Part shown: piece by piece, positions 16,251 through 24,214 of the stretch | How the letters are laid out: each line of letters opens with the position of its first letter | Position numbering within the stretch: position 1 is the first letter of the stretch | DNA from: a virus | Taxonomy: Duplodnaviria; Caudoviricetes | Length of the DNA stretch: 34,070 nt | Strand: one strand, 5' to 3' | IMG/VR virus record: IMGVR_UViG_3300005259_000069 | Coordinates: 1 to 34,070 of that record | Program-made: the position numbers and the translations under genes | Notes under the pieces: generated by a model | Database searches by the model: none | What the model saw: the letters and a program-made list of their open reading frames with translations, nothing else | Told to the model about the DNA's origin: nothing

Positions 16251-17135
16251 TTATTTTCCCTGTCTGACCTGCAGGATATCCGCCAGTGATTTTTTGTGCT
16301 TGAAGGTAAATCCGGTTTCCCGCTCGATGCGCAAATAGTGCTCCGCCAGATCTGGCCTTGCCTCGGCTCCACGGCGAATATCGGCATCGGTAGCCAGCAC
16401 GCAAATAGCGCAACTCAATCGCTCATTGCCCAGATCATAGGCGACATGACGCGCCAGACCGGAGGCGGCAATGTGTTCCCAGACATCGTCCGTGGTATAA
16501 TCCAGAATCGGCCGGTATTTGGTAACCGTGCGGGTTCCTGCGGTCAAATCTTTGTCCGACGCCAGATAGTCCAGCTTGGACCGTCCCGGCGATTCCTGGC
16601 GGCGTTCGCCGGTAATGTTCAGGATTGTTTTGGCATCCTCGAGCTTGGCCGGGAACTCTGCCCGGATCACCTTTTGAATCGGAGCGCGTTTGCAGTCGCT
16701 GGTGCAATAGCGATTTTGCATGTCCGGCCAACCAGGGAGCGCTTTGGCGGGATATTCGGACCGGATCGTCTTCTCGATCGCCGCCACTTTACAATGCGCA
16801 GTGCAATACCGGTTCTGCATATCCGGCCAGCCGGGTTTCCCTTTGGCCGCCTGGATAATGCACCGGCGTTCGATGTGTGCCGGCAGTGCCCGGAACGGTA
16901 ACGCCACCTGGAACGGAATGCCGTAATGCTTGCACAACATTTCGCAATGCGGCAGGCTCTGCGGCCATTCCGCGCCGGTATCGGCATGTACGGCCATGAT
17001 TTGACCGCTGTAATTTTGCTGCCTTGCCAATTCCCATATTTCACCTAGAATAGTCTGGCTGTCCTTGCCGCCGCTGATGTTGATGATAATTGCGGAATAC
17101 GCGGTCAGATCAATGATTTTGAGTTTTTCATTCAT
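16251..17135 (-). CDS. PAPS reductase-family PP-loop protein with an internal duplication
   Basis: NISGGKDS, DTGAEW, RYCT..CK (twice), TGERRQES..R, RPILD, RLSCAIC. Confidence 0.88.
   Translation of the reverse strand: MNEKLKIIDLTAYSAIIINISGGKDSQTILGEIWELARQQNYSGQIMAVHADTGAEWPQSLPHCEMLCKHYGIPFQVALPFRALPAHIERRCIIQAAKGKPGWPDMQNRYCTAHCKVAAIEKTIRSEYPAKALPGWPDMQNRYCTSDCKRAPIQKVIRAEFPAKLEDAKTILNITGERRQESPGRSKLDYLASDKDLTAGTRTVTKYRPILDYTTDDVWEHIAASGLARHVAYDLGNERLSCAICVLATDADIRRGAEARPDLAEHYLRIERETGFTFKHKKSLADILQVRQGK
16638..16835 (-). repeat. 99-bp (33 aa) diverged tandem duplication inside the PAPS reductase-family gene
   Basis: PGWPDMQNRYCTAHCKVAAIEKTIRSEYPAKAL (16737-16835) and PGWPDMQNRYCTSDCKRAPIQKVIRAEFPAKLE (16638-16736). 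Confidence 0.95.
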
Positions 17136-17626
17136 TCCAGTTCTCCGGTTTTTGCAAAGCCGGTCAAATAAGGCAGCAACATTTTTACTTTCTCCCGGGT
17201 GAGGTGCATCCGTCCGAATATTTCAACTCCGTCCGGCAACGGAAAGTCACACCACCCGGTTGCACCCGGAACGATTTTGTTTGCCATCATGGTAGGCTTG
17301 GGATCGTCGATGCCGAGCCAGATTTGGGGTTCAACCGCCGATGAACTTTTTTGCAGCGAACATTTTTTGCCGTTGGCATCATCGAAATCCAACCGGCTGA
17401 AACCGCGCTCCGTCTTTTTCAGCTCGCTTATGGGCTCTTCCAGATTGTTTACACTTCTCGCAAAGCTGTATCCCATCCGGTATGCCTTGAACAGATTGTT
17501 GGTTTCGCCATTGGCATAGATCTGTCCCTTTCGCCACATCTCTTTAGCTTCTTTATCAAGGTTGAGATGTCTATAATCGTGCTCAAACATCTCCATCAAA
17601 TCATAGTGTTCTTGTGTATCAATCAT
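17132..17626 (-). CDS. Hypothetical phage protein, apparently two-domain
   Basis: N-terminal EHYDLMEMFE...AYRMGY followed by TERGF...CSLQKSSSA...IWLG...RMHLTRE. Confidence 0.75.
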   Translation of the reverse strand: MIDTQEHYDLMEMFEHDYRHLNLDKEAKEMWRKGQIYANGETNNLFKAYRMGYSFARSVNNLEEPISELKKTERGFSRLDFDDANGKKCSLQKSSSAVEPQIWLGIDDPKPTMMANKIVPGATGWCDFPLPDGVEIFGRMHLTREKVKMLLPYLTGFAKTGELE

Positions 17627-18174
17627 TTTTTGTTCTCTATCTTGGCAATGAGTTCTTTGGCTTCTTGTATCAACTCTTCGATGTCGTCATCGGGAAACGG
17701 ATCGGAGTGAAAAACCGTAATTCGCTTCAATAAATCCAATAACTTTGCCTCGACGGCAGTAAGATTCGCACTTACAGTTTGCATGTAAGACCATTCTCCT
17801 TCATCGATTACCGGCAGTTTAAAACCGAGGATCTTTCCGGCGGCATCCACGTTGAAGATGATGTAGTCGCCGAAGCCGTCATCGCCAAAACAAAGAAATG
17901 CTTCAGGCACGTAATGGTCTTTCCACTTGGCCAGACGGATTTTGTTTTCATCTAACAGCCAATACTCGCCATCATCACACACTTTATAGTGAATTGACGC
18001 TGTCATGCCGACCGGCCAGTTTTCGATCGTTCCCAATTCAAGATTAATTACCGGCATCCAATAAGCGCCATTGCGAAAAGGGATCAATTTCCCGTGAATG
18101 TCTTCCTGTCCATTGACGTCCGCATCTTGCCAATAGCGAACTCCGACTTTAACTTTGAGATATTTGGCGTTCAT
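17623..18174 (-). CDS. Hypothetical phage protein
   Basis: VRYWQDADVNG...IHYKVCDDGEY...GDYII motif; GGGAG RBS. Confidence 0.75.
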   Translation of the reverse strand: MNAKYLKVKVGVRYWQDADVNGQEDIHGKLIPFRNGAYWMPVINLELGTIENWPVGMTASIHYKVCDDGEYWLLDENKIRLAKWKDHYVPEAFLCFGDDGFGDYIIFNVDAAGKILGFKLPVIDEGEWSYMQTVSANLTAVEAKLLDLLKRITVFHSDPFPDDDIEELIQEAKELIAKIENKK

Positions 18175-18180
18175 GGTTGT

Positions 18181-18747
18181 TCATTCTCCCTTGGTAAAAT
18201 TTTGTTGATTAACTTCCCGCTGCGGATTGCAATAACCGACTACATCCGGCTTTTGCGTGAGCGCCAGCTTAAGTTGCCGGTCCCGGATCCAAACGTACCA
18301 TTGACGGTTGCTGCAGGCGGGCGGCATGAACCCGGAGATAATGCTGATCCGCCGGTATTCCGCCAGCTCGCCGGTCAGCCAGGCGCGGGGCAGATAGAGC
18401 CACCACGGATCGAATTTAATGCTGGCTTTGTCCGCCCAGCAAAGTTTTGACGGTTGCGCTCCGCTTAGCCGGGCATAGTGCCGGGAGTGAAACAAACACA
18501 GCGCGGCGTAGTATTCATCTTCGAACAGCCGATCGGCGATATGCGCCGCCAACTCCGGATGGCGTTCGCCCTCGGCGTCATCCATGTTGGCCTTGCCCCA
18601 GTATCCCCAATCGTGCATGATGATGCATAACGTTTCGCGCCAGGTCGGCAATTGATGATACAGCCAGATCCACGCCAGCCAGACGGTCAGCGGATGCCAG
18701 ACCACCTGGTGTACTCCGAACAGCAATGATTTCGTTCCGGTCTTCAT
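18181..18747 (-). CDS. HD-superfamily phosphohydrolase-like protein
   Basis: H...IMHDWGY...H...FHSRHY...WADK pattern of metal ligands. Confidence 0.7.
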   Translation of the reverse strand: MKTGTKSLLFGVHQVVWHPLTVWLAWIWLYHQLPTWRETLCIIMHDWGYWGKANMDDAEGERHPELAAHIADRLFEDEYYAALCLFHSRHYARLSGAQPSKLCWADKASIKFDPWWLYLPRAWLTGELAEYRRISIISGFMPPACSNRQWYVWIRDRQLKLALTQKPDVVGYCNPQREVNQQNFTKGE

Positions 18748-18753
18748 TATTTC

Positions 18754-20718
18754 TTATGCTCCTTGTTGAATAAGTTCCTGCCGGGCATTGCCGGTTAGCT
18801 TTTTTAGTATGGGACGTCGGGACGCCAGCCGGGATCTCATCAATGCCCGGGCCAAATACGGCGGAACTGCATTGCCGATCATTTTCACCGCATCGGTCTT
18901 GGTCCCGGCAAATTGATATGTCTTGGGAAAACTCATGGCCGCCGCCAGTTCGTGCGGCTGAAACATCCGGAAGCGGATATCCAGCATTACCAGATCACCG
19001 TCGACCACGCCGAACCGATCCTTGGTGGTGACGGTGTCCAGAGGTACGTCAACGCTTTTTACATTCTCGCCGGATCCGTAGAATTTGACCACAAAAGGAC
19101 GAACCAGTCCGTGACGGCACACCGTGGTGATGGTCGGCAACGGTTCCTCGGTTGTCCGGGTGCGCCCCGGCGTCATCTGGTGTAGAACCATCGCTTCAAC
19201 CAGGCAATGTTCGGCCTTGGTGACAATGGTGGATAGCGGTTCATTGACCGACCGACTGCGGTCCTTTGCCCCGGTATGGCCGGTGGCGATAACAATGGGA
19301 TCGGCCACCGCCATGTTGTTCCGGCAGGTAATTGTTTTCAGCGGCTGCTCGGCGGAATATGCCCGACTGTCGCCGTCTTCACCCGGATGCGACATGTCTA
19401 CCACAACGGGATTGACCAGCGCGATGTGTTCTTTGGTCGTCAATGTCGGTACCGGTTGCTCGATAGTCTGGCAGTCAGAATTGCCCTTCATTACCGCCAC
19501 CATCGGATCAACCCAACCATAACGGTTGCTGGTATCCTGTACCGGCAGAGGATTATCAATGCTATGATTGCGGTTGTCGCCGCCGTTAAAACGAGTAACA
19601 AATCCCTCCGCCAGGCCGAGGTGAGTTCCGCCTGCCGTGATCGTCGGTGTCGGAGCATTGACATCGGCGGCAGTTCCGGTTCCGCGCAACTTGATGATAA
19701 TCGGAGTCACAATTCCGACATGGCCTTGGCCGCTGGCCATGATCGTCGGTACCGGTTGGTTGATGTCGCGGCAAACGCTTTGTCCGCGCATGATCACCAT
19801 GAAGGAGTTCAGGTCTTCGCCGGTAGGCAGGATGTGCGGCAATTCGGCCAAGACGTTGAACGGACAACATCCCTTGCGTTTTTTGCCCTCGTATTTGCAA
19901 GCCCGGATAATTTCCTGCCGCAGCAGCGGACCGAAGCGGCGGATGTTGTCGATGTCCCAAATCTTAAATCCGCCGGCATAAATCCGCTTTAATGTTTTAA
20001 CCGCCAGCGGTACCGGACGATTAAAGATCGATTTTCCCGGGATAGAGAAATCGATGATCGTTTTTGCCGCCACGTACGGTTGCTGACCGAATAAATTATC
20101 CGCCGAGGCCGAATGGGTCGGTTCCGGCCAGTAGATCTGGTTATTGCCACGCACCGCCTGAATGATCAACCGCCGTCTGGAAGTAGCGGCGCCAAAATCC
20201 GCGGCGTTCATAATCTGCCAGTCGACCCGGTATCCCATGCTTTCCAGCGTAGCAATGTAGGCGCGGAAAGTATCGCCTTTTTTGCTTTTGATCGGATGTC
20301 CCTTGGTGTTAAGCGGTCCCCAGTCGAGGAATTCCTTGACGTTTTCGATGTAAATCACGTCAATGTATAATTCCTGCGCCCATTTCAGCACGTCCCAGGC
20401 GGTGGCGCGTGATTGTTCATCCTTGGGCCGTCCGCCCTTGGCCGTTGAATGGTTCGTGCATTCCGGCGATGCCCACATTACGTTCAGCCTGCCGCCCGGT
20501 ACCGCCTGCCGTGGTTTAACCTGTTCGACCGATGCGCAGATCGTTTTTGCATTCGGATGGTTGAGTTTATTGGTTTCGATCGCAATATTCCAGTGGTTGA
20601 CCGCCACCAGTTTCGGATCGAGGCCGTATTCCTCGCATGCTTCGATCATGCCGTCGCTGGAACCGCCGCCGCCGCAATACAAATCTGCAATTAAAAATTG
20701 TTCTTTTCTGGCCGCCAT
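18754..20718 (-). CDS. DNA (cytosine-5)-methyltransferase with a repeat-expanded variable region
   Basis: Motif I DLYCGGGG, IV SPECTNHS, VI ENVKEF, VIII ATSRRRL, IX RMFQPHELAAAMSF, X IGNAVPP. Confidence 0.93.
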   Translation of the reverse strand: MAARKEQFLIADLYCGGGGSSDGMIEACEEYGLDPKLVAVNHWNIAIETNKLNHPNAKTICASVEQVKPRQAVPGGRLNVMWASPECTNHSTAKGGRPKDEQSRATAWDVLKWAQELYIDVIYIENVKEFLDWGPLNTKGHPIKSKKGDTFRAYIATLESMGYRVDWQIMNAADFGAATSRRRLIIQAVRGNNQIYWPEPTHSASADNLFGQQPYVAAKTIIDFSIPGKSIFNRPVPLAVKTLKRIYAGGFKIWDIDNIRRFGPLLRQEIIRACKYEGKKRKGCCPFNVLAELPHILPTGEDLNSFMVIMRGQSVCRDINQPVPTIMASGQGHVGIVTPIIIKLRGTGTAADVNAPTPTITAGGTHLGLAEGFVTRFNGGDNRNHSIDNPLPVQDTSNRYGWVDPMVAVMKGNSDCQTIEQPVPTLTTKEHIALVNPVVVDMSHPGEDGDSRAYSAEQPLKTITCRNNMAVADPIVIATGHTGAKDRSRSVNEPLSTIVTKAEHCLVEAMVLHQMTPGRTRTTEEPLPTITTVCRHGLVRPFVVKFYGSGENVKSVDVPLDTVTTKDRFGVVDGDLVMLDIRFRMFQPHELAAAMSFPKTYQFAGTKTDAVKMIGNAVPPYLARALMRSRLASRRPILKKLTGNARQELIQQGA

Positions 20719-20786
20719 AATCTTCCCTTTATCACTATGTTTGTTCGTTATTCACGACTAGCAAGTCAATTAGCACAAATACTTTC

Positions 20787-21146
20787 CTAATACTGAGACA
20801 CATCAAACAACGTGGGCATTTTTCTTTCATCTTCGACCGCCTGCAGTTCTACAAATAACGATATTCCGGGCTGTCCGGCATCGATAAAGCTATATGCCAG
20901 ATAATTCCGTCCTCGGCGAATCTTTTTTATGACAACCCCTGTTGATGAAACAGGCCCCGTATAGCGTCGTAGCTCATACAGATGATTGACCATTTCATCC
21001 ATAGTATTCCATCCGCAATCGATAATCATTTCATTGATTGTCCATCGTTCTTGTTTGCGCCAAATATTACGATACCAGCGCGGACTGCACCTAGTTTTAG
21101 TTTTAAGAATAATTCCCATGGCATGCTGCCTTTTAAATGTTCTCAA
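20787..21146 (-). CDS. Hypothetical protein
   Basis: Co-oriented ORF filling the gap; start codon uncertain. Confidence 0.55.
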   Translation of the reverse strand: MRTFKRQHAMGIILKTKTRCSPRWYRNIWRKQERWTINEMIIDCGWNTMDEMVNHLYELRRYTGPVSSTGVVIKKIRRGRNYLAYSFIDAGQPGISLFVELQAVEDERKMPTLFDVSQY

Positions 21147-21450
21147 ATAAATCCGGCTCAGCGACTATGCAGTGTGGACTCATGAATAACGCTTCTCGTT
21201 TGCAATTCACCCGTCCTCGACCGTTGCCCTTGTTGGCGTAGCCGCCATTGGCTTTCCAGCTTTTCATTTTCCAGCCGTGCGCCAATAGTTCCTGATGCTC
21301 ATCGGCGGCGAACTCAAACGAACAAAAATCGTCCTGCGTTATTACACGGGCTGTAATTTTTTTACAGGAGTTCAACTGCTGAAGACGACGTTCTTTATTG
21401 TCGAGATCCTCGGATATTGCTTTGGCTCGTGCTACGTTTTCTCTTTTCAT
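21133..21450 (-). CDS. Chimeric small protein whose C-terminal half resembles the tail of phage Dam/D12-type adenine methyltransferases
   Basis: DEHQELLAHGWKMKSWKANGGYANKGNGRGRVNCKREALFMSPHC, with no catalytic DPPY or SAM-binding motif; AAGGA RBS. Confidence 0.6.
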   Translation of the reverse strand: MKRENVARAKAISEDLDNKERRLQQLNSCKKITARVITQDDFCSFEFAADEHQELLAHGWKMKSWKANGGYANKGNGRGRVNCKREALFMSPHCIVAEPDLFENI

Positions 21451-21579
21451 GGTGCTATCCTTTTATTTTTGGGGTGCTATGGATTTTACAGACAAGGGGC
21501 GAACTGTCGAAATCCCCCTGTCTCCAAAATTCACAACTGCGGTTGATGGCTACATTTTGTTTTCCTCGCTGAGTTGATG

Positions 21580-23358
21580 TTAAAACGGGATGTCATCTTC
21601 CCCCATTGCCCAATCACTGGGATTGCTCCCGGGAATCCCGGCCGGTAATACCGGAATGGTAGACTTAGGAGATTGCACAATGGGAATTTGACAATCGATC
21701 CCTTCCCCATCGTTCCAGCCCGGCTCCGGGACGTAGTTCGGGATCGGTCCGAACTCGTAATCTTCCACCCGGTCAAATTTCTCACCGGTCACGGTCTTTA
21801 CCTTGATCTTTTTAACCGTCGCCAGCGCCCCTTCCCGGGCGAATACCAACGCGGTCATCACGTCGGCCGGCACCGGCGCTTTAGAGCGTTGCTGCCACCA
21901 GCGGACAAACTTGTCCCGGGCGTATCCGGTATGTTGCGGACAAACCCATTCGGACTGGTATTTGCCCAGGCCGACCGAGTATTCCACCCGCATGGTCGGC
22001 GGCGCTTTGGGATCGTTATATTTCGTGTGCTCGGAAAAGATCGTCTTGTAAACCGTATACTCGACGTAACTGACCTGCCCGGAGATAACCCCGGCGGTAC
22101 TGGCCCGACCGTCATGCGGCACCTGGGTCACCTTGGGAAACTCAAAGCCGCAGTCGGGACAAATCTGGTAACACAGATGAATTACCGACTGGCATTTCGG
22201 ACACGTCCGCGCCGGAGGAAGCCCGGGTTTATCGCTGCTGGAACTGCGCCGCCGCTGGGCCTCCAGCATGTCCACCGGACCGTGCCGCATGATGTTGCCG
22301 CCAAAGTCCAGCACCAGGCAATTAGCCTTGCCGGGCGACAGCCGGAACCCGCGACCGACCATCTGGTAATACAAACCTGGCGAATGGGTCGGACGCAGCA
22401 GCGCCACACAATCGACGTTCGGCGCGTCGAAACCGGTGGTCAATACGTTCACATTAAGCATAAACTTGATCTTTCCGCGCTTGAACTGCTCCAGGTTGTC
22501 CGCGCGTTCGCCGGCGCTGGTCTCGCCGGTCACACACCGAATCGTCGCGTCGGGTTGCTGTACCTGCAACAACTCCGCCACGTGATTCATATGTTCGACC
22601 GACGCACAAAAAATCAGCGTCGAGCGCCGCTCTTGCGTATACTCAATGATCTCGCTGACCGCCTGTTTGATCACCACGGTATCGTCCATCAATGCCGCCA
22701 CCTCGGTATTGATGAATTCGCCGCCGCGAACGTGCAGGCTGCCGGTATCGACCTCGCCTCGCGCCGCTTTAGAAACCAGGGGAGATAAAAAACCCTTGAC
22801 GATCAGCTCTTTAACTCCCACTTCGTAACAGATGTGGTTCAGCAGATTGTTGCCGTCGCAGATTTCGCCGGAACTCATCCGGTACGGCGTGGCGGTCAGA
22901 CCGATGATCCGCACGTTCGGATTGACCACCTTGGCGTCATGGAGAAACTGGCGGTACATCCCTTCGCCGTCCGGCGGGATCAGGTGGGCTTCGTCGATGA
23001 TGATAAGGTCAAACTTACCCACTTCACACGCCTTGCGGAAAATACTCTGGATCCCCGCCACCACCACGTCGCCGTCGGCATCCTTGCTGCCCAGACCGGC
23101 GGAATACACCGCCGTCCGGGTCAGCAATTCCGGCGAAATTGCGGTCAGCTTATCGACCGCCTGTTCCAATAACTCCTTGACATGCGCCAGCAGGCAAACC
23201 CGTCCGCGCCACTGCAGGACCGCGTCCCGGATCAGGGTTCCGATCACCGGCGTTTTGCCGCCGCCGGTCGGAATGACCACGCACGGGTTGTCGTTCCGCG
23301 TCCGCAGATGTTCGTAAACGGCGTCAATCGCCTCCTGCTGGTAATAGCGCAAGTCCAT
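21580..23358 (-). CDS. SF2 DEAH helicase (RadD/YejH-like) with a Zn finger and a DDIPF tail
   Basis: LRYYQ, PTGGGKT, IIDEAH, GLTATP, QMVGRGFR, CPKC/CPDC. Confidence 0.93.
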   Translation of the reverse strand: MDLRYYQQEAIDAVYEHLRTRNDNPCVVIPTGGGKTPVIGTLIRDAVLQWRGRVCLLAHVKELLEQAVDKLTAISPELLTRTAVYSAGLGSKDADGDVVVAGIQSIFRKACEVGKFDLIIIDEAHLIPPDGEGMYRQFLHDAKVVNPNVRIIGLTATPYRMSSGEICDGNNLLNHICYEVGVKELIVKGFLSPLVSKAARGEVDTGSLHVRGGEFINTEVAALMDDTVVIKQAVSEIIEYTQERRSTLIFCASVEHMNHVAELLQVQQPDATIRCVTGETSAGERADNLEQFKRGKIKFMLNVNVLTTGFDAPNVDCVALLRPTHSPGLYYQMVGRGFRLSPGKANCLVLDFGGNIMRHGPVDMLEAQRRRSSSSDKPGLPPARTCPKCQSVIHLCYQICPDCGFEFPKVTQVPHDGRASTAGVISGQVSYVEYTVYKTIFSEHTKYNDPKAPPTMRVEYSVGLGKYQSEWVCPQHTGYARDKFVRWWQQRSKAPVPADVMTALVFAREGALATVKKIKVKTVTGEKFDRVEDYEFGPIPNYVPEPGWNDGEGIDCQIPIVQSPKSTIPVLPAGIPGSNPSDWAMGEDDIPF

Positions 23359-23360
23359 TT

Positions 23361-23735
23361 TTAAATCAGCTTTCCTTGTGTTTGAGAGTCCTGTTCGATC
23401 AGCCTGACATAGACCATCCCGTCCGGCTCCATCGGTTCCCGCATATCCGCTTCGATGTGTTTGATCTGGTTGTCATCCTGATAGACGTTGGCTTTCTGCA
23501 GCGAATCCAGGAGTGATTTAAACAAATTGTCCAGATCCCGGCGCCGCCGGTCCGGCGGGTATACGTCCATAATCAGAGTCAATCTGCCATTCAGCCGTGG
23601 AAGTCCGCGCACGGCTCCGGCGATGCGTTCGCGGTACTTCCTGCCCTCTCGACTGATCAACGTCTTGGCGCCGACGTGACGCCAGTAGTCGTTCAGGCTG
23701 GGAGGATATGGCAGTTCTAGTTCCAGCGTTGCCAT
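23361..23735 (-). CDS. rusA: RusA-family Holliday junction resolvase
   Basis: LPYPPSLN.YWR...PPDRRRRDLDNLFKSLLDSL...DDNQI; TAATG coupling sets the start at 23735. Confidence 0.92.
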   Translation of the reverse strand: MATLELELPYPPSLNDYWRHVGAKTLISREGRKYRERIAGAVRGLPRLNGRLTLIMDVYPPDRRRRDLDNLFKSLLDSLQKANVYQDDNQIKHIEADMREPMEPDGMVYVRLIEQDSQTQGKLI

Positions 23736-24184
23736 TACCGCGCCCACGGAGCCTTGTCGCCGACCGGCTGGGACGGACGGGCGTTGGACTGACGCGATTC
23801 GTAGCCCTTGATTTCGTTGCGGATGTCGCCGGTGGTGGCGTCCTTGCGGCACCGGATATCGATAACCAGCGGCAGATTATGCAGCTCGACCGAATCCTTG
23901 GGCGTCATTACGTTGACCGCCCGGCAAACGGCCGAGAGCTCCGCCCGGGCGATCCGGATTGCGTCGGCATTCGGATTCTCCAGATTCAACTGTGCCCAGA
24001 CCTTGCGACCTTTGAACTCGCCGTCGTCGATGATTTCGAACGTCAGCTTGAGATAACGGCCGGTTTTGTTTTTGTTTTCCTTCATCTCCGATTCGGTGAT
24101 GACCGCCTGATACTTTCCTTCCGGGATCGGGTTGAATCCGACCGCGGGGTCGACGGTGTTGGCGTCGAAATTGAGCGTTGACAT
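23735..24184 (-). CDS. DUF669-family protein (putative ssDNA-binding protein)
   Basis: FNPIPEGKY.AVI...YLKLTFEI...GRKVW..LNL...NEIKGY; adjacent to the Sak4-like ATPase. Confidence 0.88.
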   Translation of the reverse strand: MSTLNFDANTVDPAVGFNPIPEGKYQAVITESEMKENKNKTGRYLKLTFEIIDDGEFKGRKVWAQLNLENPNADAIRIARAELSAVCRAVNVMTPKDSVELHNLPLVIDIRCRKDATTGDIRNEIKGYESRQSNARPSQPVGDKAPWAR

Positions 24185-24214
24185 TGTGTTTTGGTCCTTG
24201 ATTTATGAGGTTGA

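Noticed and set aside
16638-16835. Diverged repeat pair considered as a DGR template/variable repeat
   Set aside because: The copies are adjacent and in frame, the differences are not confined to adenines, and there is no reverse transcriptase in the window.
16251-17135. Dnd/Ssp phosphorothioation system or cysH sulfur assimilation
   Set aside because: There are no dndA/B/D/E, ssp or cys partner genes in the window.
15847-20718. HNH plus C5 MTase considered as a type II restriction-modification pair
   Set aside because: The genes are not adjacent, and the HNH is a small type common in phages; orphan MTases are typical of phages.
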